A DNA stretch of 63,512 nt, filler included, from Choristocarpus tenellus KU-1152 (Eukaryota > Protista > Phaeophyceae): NCBI GenBank assembly GCA_964200185.2. It is 12 parts of 12 records of this genome, joined end to end, with 100 filler letters (N's around TTAATTAATTAA, not from the genome) between each part and the next. Parts side by side here need not be neighbours in the genome. Positions count along the whole stretch, not along the records: positions 51,530 to 54,240 come from CAXNAD020025405.1; positions 54,341 to 59,684 come from CAXNAD020011080.1; positions 59,785 to 63,512 come from CAXNAD020018269.1; 9 more parts are not named here. The stretch is one strand, 5' to 3'. The translations under genes were made by a program, and so were the position numbers. Positions 51,963-63,512 of this stretch are shown here, piece by piece (positions within the stretch are counted from its first letter, which is position 1; each line of letters opens with the position of its first letter). A model generated the notes under the pieces. The model was not told the origin of the DNA. It worked only from the letters and a program-made list of their open reading frames with translations, and made no database searches.

Positions 51963-54424
51963 CATAAATGTGTATTACAATAATAATAATAGATCAATGT
52001 CTTTTGACATTTACGACAAGTATTACTTTTTTAGGGGGTTTTCTGACATATAGATAGGTTTCATTGGTTTTTCCTTTCTCTGACATTTTGCAGATGTGCC
52101 AGTGCCAGGGCAAAAGTCAAACCAATATCACAAGGACCCCTACAAAACTAACAGTTGTCGTAATTGTGAAAGAAATATCTCCAAAAACTAAAATTGTGGA
52201 ACATGTTGTCATACCGTTATTTTGAGGTTACTTGTTAGGAATATTGGATTCCAGTAGATGATGCTCAGTGAGACAGAGTCCATGGCATATATATTCAAAA
52301 GACCAGTCCCACATATGGACTCTTCTTATTCAGGGATACCAAGAGTTGAGATATTCCCTTTGACGTCACCTCCTGTCGCTCTGATGATCCATTCTCATAT
52401 AACATCCCTCTCCACTCTCCACACTTGTCCTTGTCCGACCTACCCCATCCTCTTCAGTGATGGTTCATCTTGGTCCATCTGATTCTCCTTACCCATTGAT
52501 TCTCCTCACCACCCCTCTCTGGTTGAACTACAATTGCCACAGAATCACACGGTTCACATTGGCAACTTTACGGTGAATTCAGATACAGGGTGAAGGCCAC
52601 AGCTTCAACTTACACCTATGCCAGGACACCTAACTCCAAAAACCAGACAGCACGTCAGCAACAAGAACAGCTGATGAGCCTGATCATAAGGCAGCGAGGA
52701 GGAACTTTAGACTAGTGACAACGAAGACAACCAAACTATGGGTTCACCCACCAACAATTAGACAAATTCCAGCTCTGGTTCATCATCTAGTGTCTCCTTG
52801 TCATCCACGGATGTTGAAACCACAAATCGCGCATGAGGGTCTCTCACATCCCTTCAGGTGGATAATAGGGGCATACTAGGTGCTTCCACTACTTTCCTTG
52901 AGCATCATGTGAGCCCAGGCAATTGTGAATACTCCTTGAGTCCTATTCCAGGACACCCCACCTACCTCGCCACGTTCTGCAGCTCAAGAGGTGGATGTGT
53001 TGTAGGAACAGTTTGGCAATACTTATGCCTGGCTTTATGCACGATTGGCCAATTCTGTACCATCTCCATGGCTGCAGATTCAGAGTGGATTCTCTTAAAA
53101 AAACTTGCAAAAGAGCGCGGTCTTGCTGACACCATTGCAGGGACTGATAAGCATTGTAGGATGACGCGAATCGCATCACTTTTTCTCCTCAGGTATATTA
53201 TTACCGTGTTCGTCTGTCTCTAAGCACTTTTCTTTGCCTACAGTTCAAACAAGTTTGTGCGATTATAGTCAAACTTGCTTCAACAGTTAGTTCTTTGTGC
53301 AGTTACCCATCTACACCAAAACCTTCATATTTTTCGCAGCAAAGGGTAAAATCTGTCTGGCACTAAGCCAAAGTAAAAGATAGGTATCGAGGTTCTAATC
53401 GTTTTGCATTTTAATACACTTTTTTTATCTTTTGAAATTCACCCTTATTATTTCTATGGATGAAGTGCTAAGATTGACTTGATTGAGAGCGTTGGTTGCT
53501 TTATTGATTCATAAAGTTTTGGGAGAATTCGGAAAAATCTCGTGACTCCCACACTCCGTCCCGATAAAATTCTGGTTGGTAATATTGCCATCCAGAAATC
53601 CTTGATTGACAAGAAAACGATTCTCTCTTCTTTCCACACACCCCGTACCATTCCAACAAGACATTACACAACCAAGAGACCTACACAACAAGTACCCGTC
53701 ACTTGTCCTATTCCTTCGCGATATGTGTGGCGAGTGTGCAACATGATTTTGACCCTGTGTACAGTCTCCTTGCATAAAGTAGTACAGTGTACTAACTGGT
53801 ATGAAATGGTTATTGTATTGTTGCTAATAATAGGTCATTCCTTGATATTGTTGTGGTAATGGAATCCCTTGTACATACCATGCTTGAGTTAGACTAAGGT
53901 GATGAACCAGAAAAAACGATGGAATCGCATTGCTCCTTACTCTCACTAGTAGTTAGTAGATAAATGCAAAATCGGGATATTGGTTGAGTTGGCAAACTCA
54001 TCAACAAGTAGGGTTGGCATCAAGAACCACCTTGTGATTGACCACTTGATCCCAATTTCTGATCAAATTCCCCAATCAATGTTGTGAATACTGATTCTAC
54101 TACCCCTATCGTATGGGTTCTTGCGCGAAACATCGGGGCTTGCCGAGCGAGAACGGCACCGAATCGGACGATAACCCCACAGAATGAAATTGGGTTGACA
54201 ATCTCAGCCTTCAGAAAAGGTGGGGGTCGAGGATCATCAGNNNNNNNNNNNNNNNNNNNNNNNNNNNNNNNNNNNNNNNNNNNNTTAATTAATTAANNNN
54301 NNNNNNNNNNNNNNNNNNNNNNNNNNNNNNNNNNNNNNNNTGTCATTAAAAAAACACGGGAAGCCAAGCCCCAAATGGACAAACAGGGCAAAACTCGTAC
54401 CCTCTAAGATACGTTCACTCTGCA

Positions 54425-55740
54425 TCAGCTCTCCCTGTAGGGGACATCGATATGAATGCTTCCTGCCCAGAAGCCCACCCACAGCAATAGATTTTGCCTT
54501 CCGACTTGGTAAAGACCTGGTGGTCCATTCAACCTACAGTATTTGTTCATCTCCAACAATCCCTACTATTTGTTCTTACTACAACAGTTGCTTTCATCAT
54601 CAGTGTTCCCTTGGCTACTACCACCACCAATAATACTTCCACTGCTGTAACTGCCACCACTGCTACTGTCATTGCCATCATGACCAGTGCTAGTGCTACT
54701 GATACTGCCACTTTCACAACACCTGCCATGTGCCTTTTCCTCACTAACATCATGGTAATGCTGATGACATCCACAACAATAGATGTTCCCGCCCGAATCG
54801 GCAAAATATTTTCTCTGTGGAATAGGGTCCTTTTGCAGTGAGGCTATCACCTTGGTTTCTGGTCTGAGCCCACCATGTTTTTCATTATTTGGATATCCTA
54901 GAAGAGGTAGATGTCCAGGTGCGCGTTCAAGTTAGTGTCAAATAAGGTGAGTATTCACTGAATCGGTGGTCAAATTGACATAATCTTGAGGTTTGTCCGA
55001 CATTTGGATGGGAAAAGTTGTGGCTGGGTACATAGCAAACCATGGTAACAGTGACGGTGTCATTGACACTACCACTGGCGATGGCAGTGGCAACAGTGGT
55101 GGCAGTTGCAGCGGCGAAGGTATTGGTGATGGCTGCAGTCAAGGAAATGCTGATGATGAAAGCGATTATAGTAGGGATGGTTGCAAGAGCACAGTGTAAG
55201 TGGAATGGGTCATCAGGTCTTTTCCAAGGCAGATAGTAGTATCCACTGCTGTGGATGGATATCTGGGCAAGATGCAGTCACATTGATGCCCCTACAGGGC
55301 GACCTGCTGGACATCAATGGTAACCATGATTGGTTTCTCATGCACTATATGAAACCCACACGTACTGGGTCATGCGGATATAATGTGTCAAGGAGACGAA
55401 CCATGGCTGTCATTGACGTGCAGCTGCTTTCCCTTTAGGGGGCATTGATATGACTGCTTCCTGCCCAGAAGCCCACCCACAGCAATAGACATTACCTTCC
55501 GACTTGGTAAAGACCTGATGGTTCATTCTATCTACAATATTTGTGCATCTCCAACCGTCCCTACTACTTGTTCCTACTAGAGTTGCTTTCATCACCAGTG
55601 TTCCCTTGGCTACTGCCACCACCACTGCCATTGCCATCATGACCAGTGCTAGTGTTCCTGATACGGTCACTTCACAATACCTGTCACGTGCATTTTCCTT
55701 GCTAACATCATGGTCATGCTGATGACATCCACAACAATAC
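54425..55740. repeat. Three diverged ~300-350 bp units in forward / reverse / forward orientation
   Basis: 54425-54781 and 55420-55740 are direct copies (GCTTCCTGCCCAGAAGCCCACCCACAGCAATAGA). ~55030-55309 is the reverse complement. Confidence 0.85.
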
Positions 55741-56839
55741 TTCCCTCATTTTCGCGCTCGCTTCAGTGGCTTGGCTTGGCTACGTTGACGTAACCTATGA
55801 GAGGATCACTACAATTGGAAGTCAGTTACATAGCTCCAAGGATCACAGGGGTCGCCAGAGGCCATTACCTTCAAGTGATTAAACGGGCGACCATACCGCA
55901 TTGCACGGACGGTTTCGCAAACTAACAGTAAATAATATTGCTACATGATACGTTGATCTCATTCTACCTTTCGACTATTTTGGACATCGAGGTTGACTCG
56001 AAATACCTGAAATCTGAACAACGCCAGGACTTATTACGGAAAGATTGCTTCTTTTTTCGAAGAAGGCAGAGATGGAACGACCCAAGCTAGCACTCACAGG
56101 AAAGAAACATCGTACCCCAACACCTGGTCCACCATTTCTTCTCAGCTCTTTCCGCTCTCAAGGCATTCAGAACACGCCTGGATATTTAAAGGTGGACGAC
56201 GCGACCCCAAGCACTCAGAGACCCTTTGTCCAATCCTCGTTCCCCCGAGGCACCCATGCTTCCCAACGTTCAAGTCAAGACTTGGGAAGGAATGGATGGA
56301 GGTTTTGTTAGTGGAACAAAGAAGGTGGAATGAGTTGGGTTTGTGTGATTATGGTTTCACCGTTTAGAGTTATGTAACTACACCAATCCTTCATAAAAAG
56401 TGTGGGGGAAAAAATGCTTTGTCACTTGTAGAAACGTTGATATAGAGATAATAAAGGGTATTGGGATGTTTCATCCTTACACTTCACAGCAATAAATTTG
56501 GAGGAGTATAGTAGAATTATTTCGTGCTTCTTCTCATATATTATACTTCCAACTAATATATATACAATGCAAGTGGACGACGTATCTAATAGTCAAATAG
56601 TAAATAGATTTCGGAGAGATATCTGTCACATTTATGACAACTCTTAACTTTTATTACAGGGGTATTCATGATATTGAATTGACTTTCCCCCAACATACCT
56701 GTAAAATGTGAGAGGGGTCAAAATAATAAAAAGTTAGATTATTGGGATGATTCCCTACCTCTTTAACTGTGTAGGACTATCCTAGGTTGGAGGGACAGGA
56801 GGGCAGGGGTGTACTATACCTGGTAGTAAAATAGTAAAT

Positions 56840-57485
56840 AGAAAAAGGAAAGATTATGAAGTAATCTGAGTTTTGTGGGCTAAGAATTCTGGTTGGTTGG
56901 GGGCACAGGGGAAGGGAGGGGACAGGAAAGAAATAAAAATTAGCAAGAAGGGAACGAAGAGTTAAATACTGAGTGGTTGAGAGAGGGGGGAGAGAAGTTA
57001 AGAAAATGTTTGGCAGGCGGAGGCAGGAGTGGAGAAGGAATGGACAGTATTGAATCGAAGAGGCAATCTGAGGCTGGGGTGGCGGGACGAGGAGGGCTAG
57101 ATCAAGACGACCCCCGAGTAAGCTTTCCCGCCCACCTGCCATGTCGCTTGCTTACGACCGACTTGGATCTCAAGGTGGGAGGGGAGGTCAAGTTCGGGTG
57201 GGGTAGGTGTCTTCTAGCTCAAAGGCGGGGTATGAAGGGGATGATGAAGGGGTGTTCTTGGATGATTGTGGAGTGGTAAGTGGGGTGGGGGTTGAGTGGA
57301 GCGGTAACTGGTGTGAGGTTGAGAGGGGTTGAAGGGTGTGGTAGTGACCGGAAATCAGGGGTCGGACTGGTTGGTCATCCGATGAGGGGAGTGACTGGAA
57401 ATCAATGACGAAGGGGTTGCACTGGCTGGTCATCGGATGTGGGGGGTGACTGGAAATCAGTGGCGAAAGGGGTTACACTGGTTGG
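56840..57485. repeat. Family D repeat copy with ~55 bp tandem units
   Basis: High similarity to 6480-6860 and to the reverse complement of 40415-41720. Confidence 0.9.
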
Positions 57486-58859
57486 TATTTTAGTAGGATG
57501 CCCTCTGACATTTTCCAGATGTGCCAGGGGAAAAATCAATGGAAAGTCAATCAAATATCAGAACAACTCCTGAAAAAGTAACCATTGTCATAAATTTCAA
57601 AGACATTTTTCTCTCTTTACGATTTTACTACCAGCTATGCTACACCACTGCCCTCCTTTGCCTCTAACCTAGTTTAGACCTAGACTCTAAGGTGAGGAGC
57701 TAGGGAAGCATCCCATGAATCTGACAAGCCCCTCCTTGCCGATCTCCCTGGTGTCTCCAGCTTAAAACGCATGGCAAGTCTTGATAGAGCTACTTGTATG
57801 GTGAGGACACTATCTGTCGCAAACGGGATTTGACAGCTCCTTTCCTGATGTAGTCACCCCCCCCTCCCCAACCTACCGCATGCGTAGCCAATGCATCCAG
57901 AAAACTTTCTGCTTGCTTACCGAGGCGCCCAAAACTTTCCACCACGAAGGTGATGAGGTTATAACTAAGAAGGTCAAAAGAACCCTCGTAGTCATTTTTT
58001 TACTATTGTTTTTACTATTATTATTTTTGTTATTATGCTCTCTCACATTTTCTTGATGTGTCAGGGGAAAAACCAAAGAAAATCAGATATTATCATTGTT
58101 CTCGTTTGGATATTATAATTAATAGTAGTAATATCATCACAATAGTCTGAGGTATCCCAGACCTGTGTTCAAAAATGTCGTCCAAACAAGGCAATACATT
58201 GTCTGGGAACAGTCTCAACAAAGATCCTTCACTGGAATCCAGTATTCCCGACAAGGATCATCAATCGGTGTAACAGTATATAGCACCCGACAATAGGGAT
58301 ATGATATCAGACAACCCCTGCGTCCCTCAATAGCTAGTCTTTACCTCCTGATCTCCACACCACTACTTCCAGATTCTCTGTAATTGGGGAGAAGTACCAC
58401 CCAGCCACCTGTGGCTCTTTCTTTAGAAGGGGACGTGCTTCACAGGCTTCTGTCCAGATTGGCACCCCTACCTTGAGGAACTCTTCGGAGGAATGAGGCA
58501 GTTTGGAGTAGGGGTCTGCCAAGTCATCCCTCAGAAGTCATGAGTACAGCTTACCTAACCAAGCCACTCCAATCCTAGTTGCGCCTCCTCTACCTAGTGT
58601 GTATTTGATGGCGCTTATAAATGTGTTGAAAGCTTCGTGTATAAAAGGATCGTTGCTGAGAACTGCTTCTGGGTTACATGGTGAACATACACCGATCATT
58701 AATTATCCAATGAGCTCCTATCTCAGTCATTACCTGATGTACAGAGCCTAATTCATCATACCATTACGTATGAGGCTGTTATGTATTTGTAGCAAACATT
58801 ACATTAATGACATGAAACTGTTCACACTGTGTTACATGCTTGTATCAGCGAACACTATG

Positions 58860-59575
58860 TAAGCAAAACACCAGTTTTCGCGACAGGGTCCCAAATGGGG
58901 TGGAGCGTGCCCTACTGGACATTTACCTGGGGAATGAGTGTGGGCAATGGGTCATTAGCCTAGATGTAAAAAACGCCTTCTACAGCATACACCGCTCAGC
59001 CTCCATCAAAGTCCTTCCCAAGACCCTACTAGGACTCCTACTCTACGTATATCCAAGGTATTTGGGGGCGCCTGTGATCTTCTTTCCCCCCTAGATGAGA
59101 GAGGGATGAAATAATGCTGTGAAGGTCAGGGGCACAACAAGGGGATCCCCTTGGCTCCCTCTTATACTGCATGGTTACAGAAAAAGCTCAGTAGCAGGTC
59201 CAGCCTACCTTTGGATCCCAGGGTGTTTCCTCCCGAAGGTTCTTGGACGACAAATCCATCTCCACGAAGGAGATAAACGCCACTACAATAGCTGCCTTTA
59301 AGCAGCTGAAGATGGACCTTTACGAGGTAGGCATAGTACTGAACATGGATAACACCTTTGCCGCACTACCCCGGGGCCACCAGACCATACAATTGGAACT
59401 CCTAGCCAGAGCGGGAATCAACCCTAGCTCCGCAGACCGAAATGGTTTTGTCACACTAGGAGCTCCAGTAGTGACAGATGAATTTAGCCAAGGCCAAATG
59501 GTCGGGGTGATTGAGAGCTCAGACTCGAAAATGCTGACCACGAACCTGTTCGAGATGGAGGATAAGATTGCCTAG
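58860..59575 (+). pseudogene. Non-LTR retrotransposon RT relic (CRE-like)
   Basis: ISLDVKNAFYSIHR, AQQGDPLGSLLYC, FLDD and GFVTLGAPV, spread across frameshifts. Confidence 0.8.
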
Positions 59576-60522
59576 CTCCTCAACTCTTCGTCCCTCTCTT
59601 GGTTAGACCCAAAGTATCTGGGGGGGGGGGTCCACACAAGGGTGCCCATTTGGGTGAAAATCAGGAAAAGCGCATTTACACTATNNNNNNNNNNNNNNNN
59701 NNNNNNNNNNNNNNNNNNNNNNNNNNNNTTAATTAATTAANNNNNNNNNNNNNNNNNNNNNNNNNNNNNNNNNNNNNNNNNNNNAGATAGAAGTTGGCGC
59801 TCCCGATGCCACCCCCCCCCCCCCCCCCCCCCCAGATACTTTGACCCGTTACTTTGCTTGATGTATGCCTTGTCCAGGCCAAACATTGAATGAGGTACGA
59901 TGAGATAGTTGGAATGCACCTATTATTGTATTGCGTATGGCTGTAATGCCCCAAACCCTCTCGCTTCCATGTCAAAGGAGTTTGTTTGTTTTTTCAAAGA
60001 GGGTACTGTAAGTGCTCTCAGCCCTCTCTCACCTTTCCACTTAAGGAGGAGGTAACTAGGGTCGTTTGAGAAACGGGTATGATCTCGGTGTTTGAAGTTC
60101 AACCAAGTGCTCCGTAAATGACAGGTACATGCCCTTTTTTGTAGGTATGGATTGAATCATCGAAGACTGGAGTGTAGACTAGTGGTCAGGATTTCCAACT
60201 CGATGTTACACATAGGCCATCAGTCGCAAGCCAAACCCCAATATGCTTTCGCTGCTCGCGCTTGCTTTAGAGGGGGTGGTGGGTTCAACCTGTCATATTC
60301 CTAAGAAGAAGACTTTTAAAAAACCTTTTTGAATAGATTCATCAACCATGGGGTTAATTAAATCAATCTGTATGCTTAGTGGTGGGACACATACTAGAGA
60401 GACAATAATAGAAAAAAACTTTTAACGATGGTTCACACTATATTCCCCCCCAACCCCGGGTGTAAGCTCTCTGTATTATATCTTCTCACCTCTCCCTCCC
60501 TGCCTTCTTTTTTTTTTGTCAG

Positions 60523-60838
60523 ACTGTGGCACCTCAAGAGGCTTACACCGGGGGGTTACACTGAAGGGTGGGAGGTAACAGGTACGTGTTATGGTCAGGA
60601 CCCTGATCAACTTCAGCCGTTTGGGTATGACCTTTTCAATGGAGTGGGCGGGTTGCTCGAGGTGGTGGAGGGCAGGGGAGGGGGTGCAACGGTCCCTGCG
60701 ACAGTAGACTCTACTGGGAACAAGAAAGTGGAGGGTGCAAAGAAGTACCTCACTAATGGTGATTTGTACGAGTTGATGCACCCGGGCAAGGAGCATCTTC
60801 CTTATGTGTACGACAACTTTAGGTGGACCCACTGCGAG
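60523..60838 (+). CDS. Exon of a probable tyrosinase-like (di-copper) protein, C-terminal part
   Basis: Polypyrimidine tract plus CAG acceptor and a GT donor. LWHLKRL at the start and LTNGDLYELMHP...LPYVYDNFRWTHCE at the end recall the post-CuB tail of stramenopile tyrosinase-like proteins. The copper ligands are not in this exon. Confidence 0.55.
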
Positions 60839-63287
60839 GTGTGTATGGGGGTGATTGTCGTGGTATTTTGAGCATTCTGATGGAACTTATCGCACAAGAA
60901 TTTGTGTGTGTGTATGGTGTGTGTATGTGTTGTGTGTATGTGATCTGGTCTGATTTTAACTGCGGTTGGAGAGAGGTGCTATGAGATTAGAGGGGTGTGG
61001 AGGTTTTTGTAGGAAGAGCGCATGCTGTGAAAGACAACAGGAGTACAGGGAGACAGACCTTGGGAGGGAAGAGGATTAAGTTACTTTAGGTTAAAAGGGG
61101 GAGATGATTGTGATACGCCAATTATGACAAAAAAAAAAATGATACAATATCAAGAGAACTGGGAGGAGGGGAGGTTCATATTGGTAACATGTAGCACAGG
61201 CCATCCCCGGTACTATCCGTGTTGTTTCAGAGGTGGAAGTCCTGCTAGGAGGGGTTGATTCAGAGGGAACATCTGCATCGTTGGGAGGAGATGGGGAGGT
61301 CTGAAATCAGGTTGTGGAGAGTATAGCCTACTTGAAACATTTCAATATGATTGCGGATTAAGACAAAGTAAGTAAGTCCTCACGTAGAACTCAACCTGAT
61401 ACCCCCATTGTTTGCGGGAGGGACCCTGCCAGCAAGGCAAGGACCTTTTGCTTGTACTTGTGATCATTGAAAAGTACGGTCACTGGAGTAGGCCCTTCTT
61501 GCATGAAGGGCTGAGCATGTCGTGGAATAATGTACCTGGTGGTGTAAATATGCGTGCTAACCTTTTATATGAAGGTGGCAGTGTTGTTTTTGTACCCAGG
61601 TTAAGACCCTTGTGATCCAAGGTAGGTATGGTGTAGATGACGTTCTAGGAAGATTCTGAAGGCAGTGCATTATCCTAACATAGAACAAGAAGAGAGACTG
61701 CTTTCTGGTGAGGATAGATGAGACGGCAAAGGTAATCGCCACCGCCTCTGTTGGGTATTTGCATGCATTGGTGGTACAGGGTGGGAAGAAACCGAAGTGT
61801 TGGAGCTCTTGAACATGCAACGGTGTGGTGTTGTGCTGTAGACCGTTGACTTTAGTGATGGGTATTTGTTTTGTAACATCATCATTGAGCATGTAGCAGG
61901 CGGTGAGGCTTGCGTGTTGTACTTCAGACAATGCCACAAAAGAACATGTCAGCATTTGAATAGTGTGTGGATGCGGTATGGGGGATACCAGTTGATTGAA
62001 ATGCCAAACTGGCAGAGGATTATGGCGTTTGCCTGCGTCGGTTAACGGCAATAGTCAACTCCATCTACAAGTCAGGATTCTCGCAAGCACAGTACATCAC
62101 ACAGCAGGGCGATTAGAGCCTTCACAGCCTACCCACCTCTGGGCTATTGTCAGTATCAAGAAAAAATCTGGGTTGTTTGGTTCCAAGCTTTTTATTGTTT
62201 TTGTGGATCTTTCAACGCGTCTACAGCGGTCTGGTGCTTAGAGGTAAGTGAGCAGATAGAGGATAATCAGACTAAATTTGATGTATGACGCTCTAGAGGG
62301 AACTTCCTCTTCTATCCTGAAGGTTAATGCAGTGCCCATTTGCACCATCCTTACGTTCTTGGTGTCCTGCCCCAATACTAACAACTGCTTCTGTTTGTTG
62401 GCAGGCAATGGGATTGTTTATTGATGGATCCCCTGGTATGCAGTGAACTCCAAGTGGGGGGTATGGGCTTCAGGGTGGCAGCTTATTGGAACTCTGACTT
62501 TAGGACATGGTTTGTAGACTTTTGCTGCAAAGTTGTTGGTGTGGAGGGCACAGGAGAGCGCATTTCCTGGACTATTTAAATTTAAATATCATCTCTTTTG
62601 ATGTTTTTGAAATATTTGATGAAGAGGTGTTTCAGAAATCCAATCACAATTACCAGGTCTTCTTGAATGTACTTGAACTCACGACCCTCACTGCCAGTGA
62701 AGACAGCATGATAGTATGTGCTGGGGAGGGAGCTCTGCTGTTATATCACCCCCCGCTTTCTTTCCTAGTCTTTTTTTTTACAAGGGCAGTATGCTTTTTG
62801 ATGACTTTATATTCAGGGTTAGGGTTACGCGAAATGATCATTTTTTATTTGTGAGATAAAGAACTTCCTTTTCCCATCACCATTTTGTTATACTCTTTAT
62901 ATGCGCCTTGTATACTTTCACCTTCTTAAAGCGGAACACTTCCTTCTGCATAGTTTATAGTAGAAAAAGAGACACGAGAGACCCCCACTTTTCTTTAGTT
63001 GTTGATAGCACGATAGTGATGGCCGTTGTTTGGTTTGTGTTCTCCTTTCGACACTGTCAAGTGTCGAAATTGTATTTTTTTGTGAGAATATATATTGTAT
63101 CGAACTGTGGATGGATTGGTGATTTCCGGTTGACTCCTTTAGAAAGAGACTTGGCAACAATCGTACGCTTGACTCTTGGTATGTCACATGCATGTACCTC
63201 TTACCCCTTCGCATGTTTTTGGAGAAGTCAATGCACATGTGTTAGGTAATTGAGTACATGTAGCAATAGTGAACGACAATTCCAAGC

Positions 63288-63466
63288 AGTCAAAGTATCT
63301 AGGGGGGGTGGTGACTGTCCATTTGGGGTCAATTTTTTCATGTCGCGATTTTTGGATGATTTGGTTCGATACATTGGGTGGATAATGAAAGTGCACTTTT
63401 TCTGGTTTTGGTCCAAGTGGACACTCTCATGTAGACCCTCCCCCCCCCCCCCCCCCCCCCCCCCCC
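63288..63466. mobile_element. MITE family A lacking the outer part of the right TIR
   Basis: GTCAAAGTATCTAGGGGGGG...family A body...long C tract. Confidence 0.85.
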
Positions 63467-63512
63467 GCCGCGCTACGCATTTTCTAACCACTTCTAGTCA
63501 TGATGTTTTTTG

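Noticed and set aside
54494-55670. Thr/Ala/Val-rich ORFs resembling mucin or membrane proteins
   Set aside because: They come from the low-complexity interior of the triplicated repeat and are open on both strands.
61400-62500. Coding-like minus-strand stretch
   Set aside because: It may be an old transposon relic, but I could not identify any diagnostic motif.

Overview
Eukaryotic, intron-rich, transposon-dense draft genomic DNA, most consistent with a photosynthetic stramenopile such as a brown alga or relative. That assignment is an inference from gene content, intron style and TTAGGG-type repeats. The window is not a single locus: 12 short contigs are joined by 11 artificial N-TTAATTAATTAA-N linkers, so neighbourhood across linkers means nothing. 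Spliced host genes I traced by hand: a centrin-like exon, gamma-tubulin exons 1-4, a LarE-like PP-loop sulfur transferase (2 exons), dynein heavy-chain stalk exons, an IQ-motif protein, a WW/B-box/IQ protein, a complete 7-exon patatin-like phospholipase and a probable tyrosinase-like exon. Mobile DNA includes a decayed chromodomain-bearing Ty3/Gypsy element with its solo LTRs, two other solo LTRs, a DD39D mariner relic and a CRE-like LINE relic. There is also a 1.65 kb long-TIR element and a very abundant pair of related MITE families with 3-bp TSDs, one with poly-G/poly-C arms. I found no clearly new biological system. The best leads are the MITE families, the intron-containing LarE homolog, telomere-like repeats in gamma-tubulin introns and a GC-AG intron bounded by a direct repeat.
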